Position numbers and translations under genes: made by a program
Source of the DNA: Octopus sinensis
Taxonomy: Eukaryota
Assembly (NCBI RefSeq): GCF_006345805.1
Contig: NC_042997.1
Coordinates: 134,540,001-134,604,000, forward strand
Reading direction: 5' to 3'
Length of the DNA stretch: 64,000 bases
Part shown: piece by piece, positions 1-13,066 of the stretch
Layout of the letters: each line of letters starts with the position of its first letter
How positions within the stretch are numbered: the stretch's first letter is position 1
The notes under the pieces: generated by a model
Database searches by the model: none
Seen by the model: only the letters and a program-made list of their open reading frames with translations
Told to the model about the DNA's origin: nothing

Positions 1-456
1 GTACTATAAATAGTTTAGAAGCCTACCACAGCGCGCAGAAAAACAGTGAATATTAGTCATCCAAATATTGTGAAACTTACTGATGTGATTAAATGTGAGG
101 AAAGGTGTGCTAGTATCAAACTGCAGAAGTTTATGCAAGGATAACCAAGCCAAAAGAAAAAAATACAAAGATAGAAATCTGCGTATAAAAAATATTATGG
201 AAAAATATGATCCAAATCAAAAACTTATTTTTCTAAAAACAATTGCACACAATCTACAATGGCAAGAAAAAATAAATTTGTAAGACAGCAAACCTTAGAA
301 TAAAGGTTTTTTACAAAAAAAGTTTTAGACATTTGTTTTCCATTGTTCCTAGGATCTCGATGAATTGACTGACGATGAATTCACCTGGGGACGAATTGAC
401 CACCTACGAATTAACTGGAGACAAATTAAACGACGACAAATTACTGTCGACGAGTT
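1..456 (+). mobile_element. Mutator-like (MULE) transposase C-terminal remnant plus short subterminal repeats (361-456)
   Basis: Frameshifted TINSLEAYH..HPNIVKL..RKKYKDRNLRI..FLKTIAHNL; repeated gacgaattgacc-like units. Confidence 0.5.
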
Positions 457-757
457 GACCGGACATCATGTCAATACTGCCAGGTTGACAAAAGACTTCC
501 TCCAACAGCACATCATCCAGACACTGCCATGGCCCGCCCTAAGTCTGGACTTGAATCCCATAGAACATTTGTGGAACGAAATTCAAAGAAGGCTAAATGA
601 CATCCGTCCAAGGTCGATAACTGCGGTACAACTCCCTGCAAGTTTTAACAGTGTGTGGACTGCTATCCCCATGGTCTTCATCAGTCGTTTGGTTTATTCA
701 GTGCACAGAAGATACCTGGCAGTAATCTAGGCTAACGGTGGTCACACGAGATATTGA
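457..757 (+). mobile_element. Tc1 transposase C-terminal fragment
   Basis: LPWPALSLDLNPIEHLW..ANGGHTRY motifs. Confidence 0.8.
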
Positions 758-1039
758 GTTCATCTCTTCGGATCCATGACACTCTGTCATCACGTGACAC
801 CATGATACCATATGACGTCAAACCTGTTTCAGGAAATGACGTTTTATCCTTAGGAAAGAACGGTTTCCTAGGGGATTTAGGCCCGTAAGGTTCATTTTTA
901 TCTGCTAAATTATATATATTTGATAATTCCTCTAGCTTGCAGGTTAAGTTGTGTAAGGTTGTTAGGATTCGAGACCTTATAACTTTTAGTTATTTTTTTT
1001 GTTATTTTCCTTTTGGTAGTGCACAGTAATGGCATTGGA

Positions 1040-1255
1040 TTAAACGGTACAAGTTACTCGTTTTATCCGCGTGCACTGAAAGTCCTTTTTTTCTTAAGCT
1101 CCTTAGTATTGGAGTGTAGTTTCTGGAGGCGTTTATTTCTTCTTAGTGAGAATTTACGGAATTTAAAATTCCTAACAATATTCCATAGCTCATCTTCGGA
1201 GGCGGCTAGGTATAGTTTTGGGGATGGACATTTCCTGGTTTTAAAAATATGAGTT
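1040..1255 (-). mobile_element. Degenerate Penelope-like element fragment upstream of the RT domain
   Basis: Minus strand SEDELWNIVRNFKFRK.. then frameshifted HADKTSNLY. Confidence 0.45.
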
Positions 1256-1467
1256 ATACTCTGACGTGACTGTGTATCAATAGCAGCGATTAGTATTTAA
1301 CTGTACTATCGTTTGTGGATGTAAGCAAATAAACAATTATCTAAAAAGGTTTCTTAGTTACATATATGAAAACAATCATCCTTGTTGCTAGCTCCATCTG
1401 TTACCAAATTCACATAATTGATTTACTTTACTTTCTGTTTAATATCACCCTGGGGTTTCTTTGCATG

Positions 1468-1492
1468 TACTGATCTTCAGTATTTATATAAG
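1468..1492 (+). promoter_or_regulatory. IL-17 g1 core promoter: TACTGATCTT motif plus TATATAAG
   Basis: TATA at 1485-1492. The same motif, TATA box and spacing to the ATG recur in g3 and g4. Confidence 0.55.
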
Positions 1493-1615
1493 AAAATCTA
1501 AAGCATTAAGATTACAAAGGATATAGCATTAAGACACGAACATAGCCAAGCAGAAATGTAAAATATTTTACTGTTTTCCCTCTTCTTTTCCAATTCAAAG
1601 TGAACAAGCGTTATA

Positions 1616-1630
1616 ATGAAGATAACTACA
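1616..1630 (+). CDS. IL17: IL-17-like gene 1, coding exon 1 (MKITT)
   Basis: ATG AAG ATA ACT ACA followed by a GTAAGT donor at 1631. TATA box ~125 bp upstream. Near-identical micro-exon at 12296. Joins in phase 0 to a hydrophobic signal-peptide segment at 6302. Confidence 0.8.
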
Positions 1631-1654
1631 GTAAGTAAATGTATATTCTTTTGT

Positions 1655-1895
1655 TTTTTTACTCTCTTTTTTACTTGATTCAGTCATTTGACTGTGGCCA
1701 TGCTGGAGCACCACCTTTTGTCGAGCAAATCGACCCCAGGATTTATTCTTTGTAAGGCTGGTACTTATTCTATTTGTCCCTTTTGCCGAACCGCTAAGTT
1801 ACGGGGACGTAAACACACCAGCATCGGTTGTCAAGCGATGTTGGGGGACAAACACAGGCACACAAACACACACATTCACACACAGACACAAGCAC

Positions 1896-1964
<69 letters not shown>

Positions 1965-2073
1965 CGACGGGCTTCTTTCAGTTTCCGTCTACCAAATCCA
2001 CTCACAAGGCTTTGGTCGGCCCGAGGCTATAGTATGAGACACTTGCCCAAGGTGTCACGTAGTGGGACTGAAC
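1655..2073 (-). mobile_element. SINE family 1 (tRNA head, internal TA/CA microsatellite, LINE-like tail), head truncated
   Basis: Multi-copy in the window: 13440-13850 (-), 14921-15400 (+), 25441-25850 (+), 35440-35580 (-), 41380-41765 (-), 52593-52925 (+), 53690-53850 (+), 62255-62630 (-). Confidence 0.9.
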
Positions 2074-4329
2074 CCAGGGTTGAGTTTGAAGACGAGGTGG
2101 AGAGGTGGATCGAGGAAGGGGTCCTTCTCCCTTGGAAGGAGGAGGTAACGGGCGGAGTGTTACCCCTGATGGCGGTGGTGCAGCCTACGAAGGGAAAAGT
2201 CAGACCGGTGTTGGACTTCAGGGAGCTAAACCAGCATATATCGTATCACACGGGAGGTGAGGCGACAGACGTTTGTGGCGAGACGTAACATGCGTGGAGA
2301 CAGTCGACCGAGGCAGCGACGATTGTCGACTTGAAATCGGCATAGTTGCAGCTCCATGTGAGCGACAAACTGTGGCGATATCAGCTGGTGCAGTACAAAG
2401 GCCGGACGTACTGTTTAACCAGGCTGGGTTTCGCGCTGAATTCCGCACCGAAGATCATGGCGGCAGTGCTTAAGTCCGTCCTAGGGAAAGACGGCAAGAT
2501 TAGAAAGGCCACCAGCTCCTACATTGACGACATTTTGGTGGACGAAACAGTAGTGCCAGCCAACGAGGTAGTTAGACATCTGGAGAAGTTCGGACTGATT
2601 GCGAAGCCACCGGAATCGATGAAAGGAGGAGCCGCGCTGGGGCTGAAGCTGCGAAGAGATAGATCGGGTGAATTGGTGTTCCGCAGAGGGAATGAAATCC
2701 CAGAGCTGAGTTCCAGCGTCAGCAGGAGAGAGCTGTTCTCGGTGTGTGGGAAGTTGGTCAGTCACTACCCGATCGCCGGATGGCTGCACACGGCGTGTAG
2801 TTACACCAAGAGACGAGAAGAGGGGGAGAGTTGGGGCGACAAGGTGGAAGAAGGGACGGTGGCGATGATGCAAGAAATCCTAGAGAGAACAAGAGCGGAA
2901 GACCCGGTCAGGAGGAACTGGTACGTGCCCAAGACGAAATGCGGGACCGTCTGGTGTGATGCTAGCAGTATAGCGATAGGGGTTGTGTTGGCAATCGAAG
3001 GTGCTGCGATGGAGGACGCGGCCTGGCTTCGGAAGGCAGATGATTTCAACCTCATCAATGTCGCTGAATTGGACGCGGTGCTGAAAGGGGTGAACTTGGC
3101 CCTGAAATGGGGGCTGCGCACAATTGAAATCCGGACGGATTCGGACACTGTGCTTGGCTGGGTAGGATCGGTGATCACCAGTGAAAGGAGAGTGCGGACG
3201 AAACGTGTCGCGGAGATGTTAGTGAAGTGTCGTCTAGGAGTTCTAGGTGAATTGATCACCGAGTTCGGACTGAAGCTGAATGTGGTTTTCGTGCCTTCGG
3301 AGAAAAACAGGGCGGACGCACTGACCAGGGTGAAAAGAGCGTGGCTGGAAGAACCGAAGGAGGACCGGAAAGGGATAGCTGCGGCGTGTCGGTTGGATGA
3401 CTCCAAACTGAAGAGACTGCACGCTATGCATCACCTGGGTGTGGACAGGACCCTGTATCTGGCGAAGAAATTTGATGCTGATGTCACTAGGAGAAGCATC
3501 CGGAAGGTGGTGGGAGCTGCGACAGGTGTCAGTCCATCGACCCTGCTCCGTGTGGGCATGAACAGGGAAGTCTTTCGGTGGAGCAGAACTGGAAAAGGCT
3601 AGCTGTGGATGTGACACACTACCGTCAGGGAATGTACCTCTCCATGGTCGACTGCGGGCCAGGCCGGCTGGCCATTTGGAGGGAGTTAAGAACGGGCATT
3701 GCTGACGAGATCGCGCAGATCCTGAACGGGATAATTTTAGAGAGGTCCCGTGGAAGAACTACTGATGGACAACGGGGCGGCGTTTCGTTCGGAAGCATTG
3801 AGGGTTATGCTTGATCGGTAGAATATGCGTCACTTGTTCAGAGCAGCGTATAGGCCGAGCGGTAACGGGATCGTGGAGAGGCACCATCGGACAGTCAAGG
3901 TCATAGCGGAAAGAGGGCACATTTTGCCGCTTCAAGCAGTTTTTTGGTACAACTTGTCTCCCCGATCCGGACAAGCTGAGGAATCTGTGCCGCAGAGAGC
4001 TGTGTTCAAATATGAATGGAGGCACCCGAGCAAAGCGCCGGAGGGTCACGAGGAAGAGAAGGGAGGAAGTCTGGGTTAAGCCACCAAAGGCGCGCTGTAC
4101 GTCTCAATGGAGCAGAGGAACGGTGACGGCGGTCAATTCCAGAAACAACGTATCCGTGGAAGGAATGCCGCGACACGTCTTGGACCTTCGCAGGATTGTC
4201 GCTTCGACGGACGACGATTCTGGAGAGGGGGAGAACGAGGTGCCCAGCTTGAGAAGATCTCGGCGTGCAAGGCGCTCTCCCGGTTGGATGGAGGACTACG
4301 ACATGGAGCGGAGAGATTGTGATCTTTAA
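2074..4329 (+). mobile_element. Gypsy LTR retrotransposon pol remnant (RT-RNase H-integrase), disrupted
   Basis: RPVLDFRELN, VDLKSA*LQ, YIDDI, WCDASS, HH-CC zinc finger, DVTH..DNG..ER integrase motifs. In-frame stops at 2286 and 2343, frameshifts near 3510 and 3745. No gag or 5' LTR. Confidence 0.92.
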
Positions 4330-4342
4330 GATCAGGGTGGCG

Positions 4343-4622
4343 TGTGGGATGACGTCAGCAGCTGGGTGCGTTGACCGGAAGATGGGGCAACCGGTAGGGG
4401 CAGCCGCGAGGCGTGCGTAAGGAGCGGGGATTCCGGCCTTCCCAACGAGGGTCGTCGAGGTGTTAAGACGTGTGAAGACGTTGCTAAGGTTGAGTGAAGC
4501 AGCTGCTATCTTTAGCGTTCGGGTCGGGGCTGTGACGAAGGATCCGTTACCCCTGAAGGGTCTCTATCAGAGCGAAGAGAAGGTAGGTGCCTTTATATAT
4601 CGACTATCTCGCACACACCACA
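4343..4622 (+). mobile_element. Gypsy 3' LTR (TG...CA)
   Basis: Follows the purine-rich tract aagatcagggtggcg; starts tgtggg and ends ccaca. Confidence 0.55.
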
Positions 4623-4729
4623 GTGTTAACAACAAACAAGATGAGGACAAATAACCGTCAAATGTAAATAATGTACATAATTCCTCATCTCTTAATTATA
4701 GAACTACACACACACACACACACACACAT

Positions 4730-4772
<43 letters not shown>

Positions 4773-5596
4773 CATTAATGCACACACACATATTATTAAA
4801 GAAGATATATACGCTATATCTTCATATCTTCCACATTATGAATTCGCTCACATATATATGCATCGCACCTTTAACTATAAGACTAAGTGCTTCCCAATTG
4901 GGGGTGCCCGCAAAATTAAAAAAAAAAGGTTTTCCTGCTGAAAATTAGGGACTAGAGCAAACAAAAGAAACAAAACGACACAGAGGACGAACAGTCAAGC
5001 AAAATACGCCCTTGGGGCCACGGAGACGAGAATAGTGGGTAACGCTTAGAAAATGACTTGAAAGATAAAGAACGGAGTGACAGAGAATTTGCAACTGGTC
5101 AGCTACGGGACCAATGTAAGAAAGGAAGGAAAAGGGAATCATTTTCTTCATTTATCAAATAATGGAACGCAACACACGCCGAATTTTTATTAACAAGTAA
5201 GTTCTTTTTTTATATACCCGTGTGACTCTCTCTTGCCTTCATTCTTTCCCCTTTTCTTTCTCTCACCCTCTGACTTCTATTCTAGTCTTTCTACTTACCC
5301 CCTTTTCTCTCCCTCCCTCTTGTATTTGTAGCCTTTATCCTTCCTCCTCATTCCCATTCCTGTTTGTTTTCTGTTACTCTGTCTTCTTGCTACTTTTCTC
5401 CTCTGCCTGCTGCTGTCGCGTGACCAGCGGCCAATTCCCATTTTTCTTCCTTTCTTACACTGGTCCCCTAGTTGACCAGTCGCAAATTCTCTGTCATTCA
5501 AGCACATCCACATGAAACATAAACACCCCATTCCTCGCTTTCATTAACACACGAAGTATCTAAAAACTATTGTAATGTTAGTATAGTTATCTGCAT

Positions 5597-5906
5597 GTGA
5601 AGGCGCAATGGCCCGGTGGTTAGAGCAACGGACTCGCGGTCGGAGGATCGTCGTTTCGATTCCCAGACCGGGCGTTGTATGTGTTTATTGAGCGAAAACA
5701 CCTAAAAGCTCCACGAGGCTCCGACAGGGGATGGTGGCGACCCCTGTTGTACTCTTTCGCCACAACTTTCTCTCACTCTGTCTTCCTGTTTTTTGAGTAA
5801 CGCTGCGATGGACTGGCGTCCCGTCCAGCTGGGGGGAGCACATACGCCACAGAAACCAGGAAACCGGGCCCATGAGCTTGGCTAAGCTTGAAAAGGGCGA
5901 CAAGAA
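5597..5906 (+). mobile_element. SINE family 2 (tRNA head) with 12-bp TSD agttatctgcat
   Basis: TSD at 5585-5596 and 5907-5918. Full copy at 36586-36907 (-) with 13-bp TSD catgttacttaat; partial copies near 16735-16920 and 32900-33090. Confidence 0.9.
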
Positions 5907-6301
5907 AGTTATCTGCATATCTTAGGTGAGCATTTTCATTTCGTTCAAAACCAAGTCGTCTTCATGCTACTAAAAATCATTTAGACGATTGTTTACCTAT
6001 GAATTCAAACATTTTACCTCTTACTTTCTGCTTCGTTTTCTGTTTCTTTGCCTAGAGCATGTTTTGACTGCCTTATCAATGAACTCAATAACAAATGTAT
6101 TTTCAATATATATTTGCGTCTTATTTTGTTTCTACAACATCTGGTTTAGCTCTTTGTCATACAGTGAATTCTCTATTGTGAGACTCTGTGGTATAGATTC
6201 TGATAAATTGCCTTATATTTTTGAATGATTAATTATTGTTGAGTTTTTTATCTAGATGTAATATGATATAATTTGTTACTTAAATACTCTCTTTCTTACA
6301 G

Positions 6302-6823
6302 ATCATTGCTCAGATTGTAGCCCTCCTCTTCAACTACAACTTTGAAATATCTTCGCCGTCAACCTGGGATGGTTGCGAAAGACGTGCTGACGGGAAAGTG
6401 AGGTACCTAGACATGGTTAGGAAATCCGTTGGTCATAATTTCTTTATACCACCAGAAATGGTTCCACCACCAGAATGTGACCCACCCAAGAATGTTGGTA
6501 TAATACATTGCTCGAAATTTAATTCCTCTGCCAGAAAACTTCAAGAGGTTGCAAACTGTCCTTGGTACACCAGAATTACCCATGATCCAACAATTTTCCC
6601 TCCTTATCGTCGTGAAGCTGTGTGTAGCTGTAAAAAATGTCGGAACTCTTCGTCAAATTTCCAATGTGTGGAAGTATTCTCTAACATCACTGTTCTCTCT
6701 CGTACAAATGTATGTATCGATGGACTATATATGTACAGCCCGAGTGTGGTTCGCGTACCAACAGCCTGTACGTGTGTATTAGCAACGAACGCGATCGCTC
6801 CACGTAAAGGTTATGCGACTTGA
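6302..6823 (+). CDS. IL17: IL-17-like cytokine gene 1, coding exon 2 (about 178 aa in total)
   Basis: Acceptor ctttcttacag ends at 6301. The frame is open from IIAQIVALLF (signal peptide) through the IL-17 knot pattern CPW..FPP..EAVCSCKKC..C..VL.R..C..G.Y.Y......PTACTC to TGA. AATAAA at 6864. Confidence 0.9.
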   Translation: MIAQIVALLFNYNFEISSPSTWDGCERRADGKVRYLDMVRKSVGHNFFIPPEMVPPPECDPPKNVGIIHCSKFNSSARKLQEVANCPWYTRITHDPTIFPPYRREAVCSCKKCRNSSSNFQCVEVFSNITVLSRTNVCIDGLYMYSPSVVRVPTACTCVLATNAIAPRKGYAT

Positions 6824-6989
6824 TCGATCCACATGATGGTTATGAGTCAACAAATGACGAAGTAATAAACTGCACATAATGCAAATATTTTTATGTTTGT
6901 GTGTGTGTACGTGCGTACGTGTATATGTATGTACGCGTGTGTGAGTGTGTGCGTGTGTCTGAGTGTGTACTTTGTACTATTATTTAAAC

Positions 6990-8632
6990 CAGTGATTCCC
7001 AAAGTGGTCCCTGGGGCCCACCGGTGGTCCCCAGAGAATTTCTAGTGGTGCCCAGAGAATTCGTAGCCATAAAAAAAATTCAAGCCATTTCAGATCTACA
7101 CAGTATTTTTCGATAATAAAGATACTGTTAGTTAATGATAATTCATATGAAGACAGAATAATAAGAAAACAAAATTCAATGATTATTCCATGAGAATCAA
7201 TAATGTATAATATATAATCAATATTATATTACAAGCAAGAATTACATACTTTAAATTTTACAATCACCACCGTTTCATAATAAATTTGATATTTTTAATA
7301 GATCACTACACAATATTGTTTAATAATAAATTTGATACTTTTTAATTTATAGAAATAAAGTATTTATTATTTTATCGAAATAAAGTATTTATTATTATTA
7401 TTATTGTTTTAAAGATCAGTTGTAATAATGTCGGAATCATCTGCTAAAAAGGCAAAACTGAGGAACTTCAAAGATTAATCGATTGGTTTTTGTATCTGTA
7501 AACTCAAAACCTATGTATCTTGAATGTGATGCCATCATGACAAATCATTCCTCGAAGAAAGTTAAGCTGGAACAGCACTCACACAGAAGTAATATGGTTG
7601 CCAAAAGGCATGGGCCTTGAAAGACTAGTGAATTTGTGGGAACCATTAATTAACTTCCTCATGTTCAAGAGTCAGATGACTCAATACAACTCCAAGAAGC
7701 AAGCTGATACAGCTAAGAAAATTTTGGAAAGACTTTCTGAGTTTAAATCAAAAATATTCTTGAGTGATATTTTTAAAACAGTGAATCTACTTAACTTAGA
7801 GCCGCAAGGTGGGAAATCAGATTTGGTCACCTGTTCTCAGAAGATAAAAGGGTATATGGGGAAATTAAAATTTTGGAAAAAACAGTTTGAAAAAGAAAAT
7901 TTGTTATCATCTCAAAATTTTAACACCACTGTTCCTACATTAAAATGCATTGCCCATCTTGGAGGATTTCATGTAGACTTTGAGAAAAGATACAATGATT
8001 TATTAAAGATGGATTATCCACTAGTTTGTAGACCTAGAAAATTATGAGCCAGGAGATGAAAATGTTGAGTTAGCTGAAATGCTGGATTTGAAAGAAAATA
8101 TGAAACTGAGAAGAAGTGCTGAAAAAGAAGGTGTCTTTGCCTACATATCGATAAAGGAATCACATCCAAATATTTTTCGACATGTAGAAGCAAGCATCAT
8201 TTCTTTCCCTACCACATGGATGGTGGAATCTACATTTTCATCTGTTGTAGATATTTTAAGTATATCAAAATAAATTAGATGTCAACAGCAGAGGAACTAT
8301 CAGACTAAAACTAAATGAGTTCATTAAAATTGATTATATTTTGTGTCAGAAACACCAATATCAAACCAGTCACTAGCTGAATGGACTAAAAATGAACGAC
8401 TTTATGAAAAATGATTTTGATACCTCGTGTTTATCTTTGTTTACTAAACTAAATTTAAAATTTTATTTTTTGTTTGCTAAAATAAATTTTAAAGTGTAAA
8501 TAGTCTATTTTGTCTTTTCATTAATTATTTTAGTGTAAAAATAGAACAGCATAAACTAAAAGTAAAAGTGGTCCCTAGAATTTTTTTCAAGTAAAAAATA
8601 CTCCCTGGGCTGAAAAAGGTTAGGAACCACTG
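6990..8632 (+). mobile_element. hAT (Charlie-like) DNA transposon, internally deleted
   Basis: TIRs cagtgattccc / ggaaccactg, 8-bp TSD atttaaac/atctaaac, transposase remnants at 7598-8330 (FPTTWMVESTFS). Confidence 0.85.
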
Positions 8633-9382
8633 ATCTAAACGCTATAAACATTTATGTATCTGAAAATACGTCCATATTAAATAAATTTGTTCCCTCTATA
8701 CTAATTGATATTTTCAATTAATTAGCGAAATTATTACTATATACTAATGTCATTAATCAGTGATATTTGGTTATTTATACTTTATAGGCATGATATTTCC
8801 AAGAGCAAACTGTAAACTTTCAGGCTTAATTAAACTCATATCATTATCTTGAATAACAGTAAATTTAAAGTGTCAGGCTCGTAGTAACTGGGGACATCCT
8901 ACGATCCAAACAAGTCAATGATTTTGACTTTCATATCTATAGAGACTTATAAATAAACATCTATGTAAACTACTATATAATCTACAACATTTCTCCTCGT
9001 ATTGCTTTGTAAGCACAAAGTAATAATGAGGATGATGAGGTGAACAGACTTATGACGCCCTTCTTAGGTATACACCGTCTAATAAATTTGGAGATGGTAA
9101 TTCATGAAACGAAACCTGCTGAATATACCAGATAATGGTGGAACAGTAAATTTTGGTTAAGTATATAGCGTGTGCACATGGACGGATAGTTTTGGGAAAG
9201 AGGTTAGAAATATAAGAGATTACATTCTTCTTTGATAATATGATTTCTTAGTTGTCACAAAACAAATGAGATACGTCATTTTCTAGTTATAGAGGGGGAT
9301 TTATGCTGGTTAAATTCACTCAGGCATGAATTCTTGCAAGGCACATGAATTTCAAAATGTAAGTAGTGAGAATAGGTAAGAT

Positions 9383-9439
<57 letters not shown>

Positions 9440-9472
9440 TAAGAAAGTTTGTTTGGTAAAGCACGTGGGTGA

Positions 9473-10040
<568 letters not shown>

Positions 10041-10155
10041 ACGTGTATACATGTATATATATATATGTATATATGATAGATCGTTAGCTCATACACGCAT
10101 TTTTTCTCTCCTTTTTTTCTCTCCTTGTTTCTCTCCTTGTTTTTTTTTCTGTGTA

Positions 10156-10193
10156 TCTTTCTGTCGAAGAGCGTAGGCTCGAAACGTAAAAGA
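10156..10193 (+). ncRNA. Minimal hammerhead-like motif (A6U, extra A after A9) in a Penelope pLTR-like repeat
   Basis: tcttt CTGTCGA a gagc gtag gctc GAAA cg ta aaaga. Confidence 0.5.
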
Positions 10194-10289
10194 CTTTTTC
10201 TATTTCTATTCCTGAGCGCTATACTAATACATTTGTTCGTTTGTACTCACCTGCCTTCGTCTTTTGTTTATTTTCGTAAACTTTCCCCT

Positions 10290-10392
<103 letters not shown>

Positions 10393-10676
10393 TCTAATGT
10401 AGGATAAAATTTTTTGAAAAAATTCTATCGATGACCAGTATGAGTAAGTATTTCACTTATTCCTTTTGCCGCATTTATCACGGGAAGGTTCTTATGAACT
10501 AACTCTGAAATCGGGTCCGATATGGTAATAATTTCTATCAGCTTTCTTCGACATACGTGCTTGTTAGTGATAAATTACATGGTTATTGACGTTGTCTATT
10601 TTCGGCATATTTAAAAATTTTTTTCTTTGTCCTTACTTATAAATTGTTTATAAATTGTTTATATATATATATATAT

Positions 10677-10773
<97 letters not shown>

Positions 10774-10806
10774 ATGTATATATCTATCTATCTATATCTA
10801 TCTATC

Positions 10807-10878
<72 letters not shown>

Positions 10879-11155
10879 ATATTATACATATATATATATT
10901 TACATATACATATATATACCAGATTTCGCTCAGGTACTGAGGTATTAATTATTTGGTTTTAGAACGTATTATACATGGTTTAGATTGAGATGATTTGGAG
11001 TACAGAGCATCGAGGAAGCTACAATGTGATATAAATGTACTTTTAATAGAAGAAACACCTGTAAAATACTGAATCTGATTACATAATTCCTGTTTCTTTG
11101 TCATTTACGTGCCTAAGTAAATATATACATGTGTGTGTGTTTGTGTGTGTGTATT

Positions 11156-11470
11156 AACAGGGTAAGATTGAAGATGGTCGCCTTTTATATTTTTTATTTA
11201 GCGTATACGCATTGTTTGTATTTGATTTTGTCGACTACACAGCATTGTAAGGTCATCTGGGCACTGTCTGTGAGAAAAACAAAACCATGACGCAATTCTC
11301 TCTGCAAAAAATTTGGGAACAACATGCTGTACTGCTTGGCATTTGGGCCGGAAGCTCCAATACGAACATTTCAGAGTGTTTGGGTGTCAATCTGAAGACA
11401 GTGCATGCACCGAGAGTGATAAAATCAAGCATTCAGTCAACATCATAGTGTTTCAAGTGTTCACAGGTAA
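11156..11470 (+). mobile_element. Internally deleted copy of the Tc1/mariner (maT-like) element at 28786-29580
   Basis: Shares terminal and internal sequence with the reverse complement of 29300-29575. Confidence 0.55.
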
Positions 11471-12295
11471 TGGTTGACCTGCTTATTCTTCTGCGGGTCT
11501 TACGAATAGCAAAGGACAACGTTTTAGACTTCTCCCACTACAGACAATCCTGAGGCGCGAACTTGCGAGCTCTGGGACGAAGACCGCTTCGCTCAACAAA
11601 CAAACAAACAAGCAGCAAATGCAAAATATAAGTTAGTTCTAGAGCGCTCAATGTTCCTAAAGGTCAGCAATGGTCTTCCTCGGTCACGACTGGACTGCTA
11701 TCATATACATAGAACCAAACACGTGCTTTTCGTGGACTGTTTCCTTCTCTAGACGTTTCCTTTCTCCTATTTCTGACGAGAACTATGACCGAAACCAAAA
11801 AAGAACCACTCTTTTCCCACCTTCATTGAGCGTCATGCTAATACACTCCATATATACGTCCTTTTGTTGTTTTGTAATTTGTTAATTTTAGTGTTTGATT
11901 GTTACTCTTCAACTTTTAGGTATTTTTGTTTTATATATCGCAGTATCAATGACAGAATTTACATGCATCTAAGCTATAGTGAAGAGATAGAGACGACAAA
12001 AATAACCAATAAATAAAATGCTTTTGCGTTACTTTCGTTTCATTTGCTATGTACTTGTCAAACGGTCTGCTATTATTGTTGTTAATTCCATCTGTGACAA
12101 AACACCTATTATTTATTCTCCTTGAAGATATTCGTCTGGTTTCCAGTTCTATCAGTAAACATAGAACGGTCGATAACATTACAGAAGTGTATCACGTTGA
12201 GACTCGAACTCAGTAGGGCTTCATCTGTAATAAAAAAAAACAAAAACAACTTCACTTTCTGCTTGTTTTCCTTTTTCAAGTGAATAATCAGTATA

Positions 12296-12310
12296 ATGAA
12301 GATAACAGCA
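12296..12310 (+). CDS. IL17: IL-17-like gene 2, coding exon 1 (MKITA)
   Basis: ATG AAG ATA ACA GCA then GTAAGT at 12311. Paralogous to 1616-1630, including upstream flank. Confidence 0.75.
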
Positions 12311-12429
12311 GTAAGTAGCACTTCTCATATACGTGCATGCACACACACACACACACATATATACACACATACGCACACTTTCATAAAATTTCTTAAGAAA
12401 TAAACTAATTTTGAAAAGGGTAATGATCC

Positions 12430-12830
12430 TTTCTACTAAAGTCACAAGGCCTGAAATTTGGGGGAAGGGGAATGTTGATTATATGGACCCCAATATTTCA
12501 CTGCTACTTAATTTATCTGCCCTGAAAGGAAGAAAGGCAAATAAAACCTCGGCAGTATTTGACCTCAGAACATGAAGATTGACGAAATACCTATTTCATT
12601 TCTACCCACAAGGGGCTAGTCAACAGAGGGGCAAAACAAAGACAAACGGATAAAGTCGATTACATCGATCCCAGTGCGTAACTGGTACTTAATTTATAGA
12701 CCCCGAAAGGATGAAAGGCAAAGTCGACCTCTGCAGAATTTGAACTCAGAACGTAACGGCAGACGAAATACGGCTACGCATTTCGCCCGGCATGCTAACG
12801 TTTCTGCCAGCTCGCCGCCTTCGACGGACG
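12430..12830 (-). mobile_element. SINE family 3 (aaggcggcgagctggcagaa head), two adjacent pieces
   Basis: Other copies at 21700-21900 (-), 17440-17580, 37270-37470, 50060-50150 and 50290-50500 (+). Confidence 0.85.
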
Positions 12831-13066
12831 AAATACCGGTAGCCATTTAATCTGGAGTGCCAATGGTTCTGCCACGTCACGACCTCTATTATTTAGGTGT
12901 AAATTTTCAAATCTATGTTTGCATTATTTTACTGAGCACTGACGTAAATCGCGTTTCTTTTCGAAAACTTAGCAGGGTTTCTTAAAACAACATAATTAGA
13001 AATAAACATATTGCTTCAATTATTAAGATATTTTCGCTAGACATTTAGAAATTCAATATTTCTAAT

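Noticed and set aside
1558-1600. Possible 5' UTR intron ending at the pyrimidine-rich ttcaaag before the g1 ATG (likewise 12280)
   Set aside because: The donor is weak, the intron would be only ~43 nt, and the TATA-to-ATG distance already matches g3 and g4 without it.
5597-5670. tRNA-like sequences (also 14921, 17111, 27815, 57335, 62870)
   Set aside because: They have box A/B but run into repeat bodies with TSDs, so they are SINE heads, not tRNA genes.
6398-6823. ORF-track start codons for the IL-17 genes (6398, 18685, 24540, 52334)
   Set aside because: Splice acceptors, signal peptides and conserved micro-exons give a better model.
10480-10525. Hammerhead-like cttatga actaactct gaaat cg ggtc
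   Set aside because: G5 is lost and stem II does not pair; too degenerate to call.
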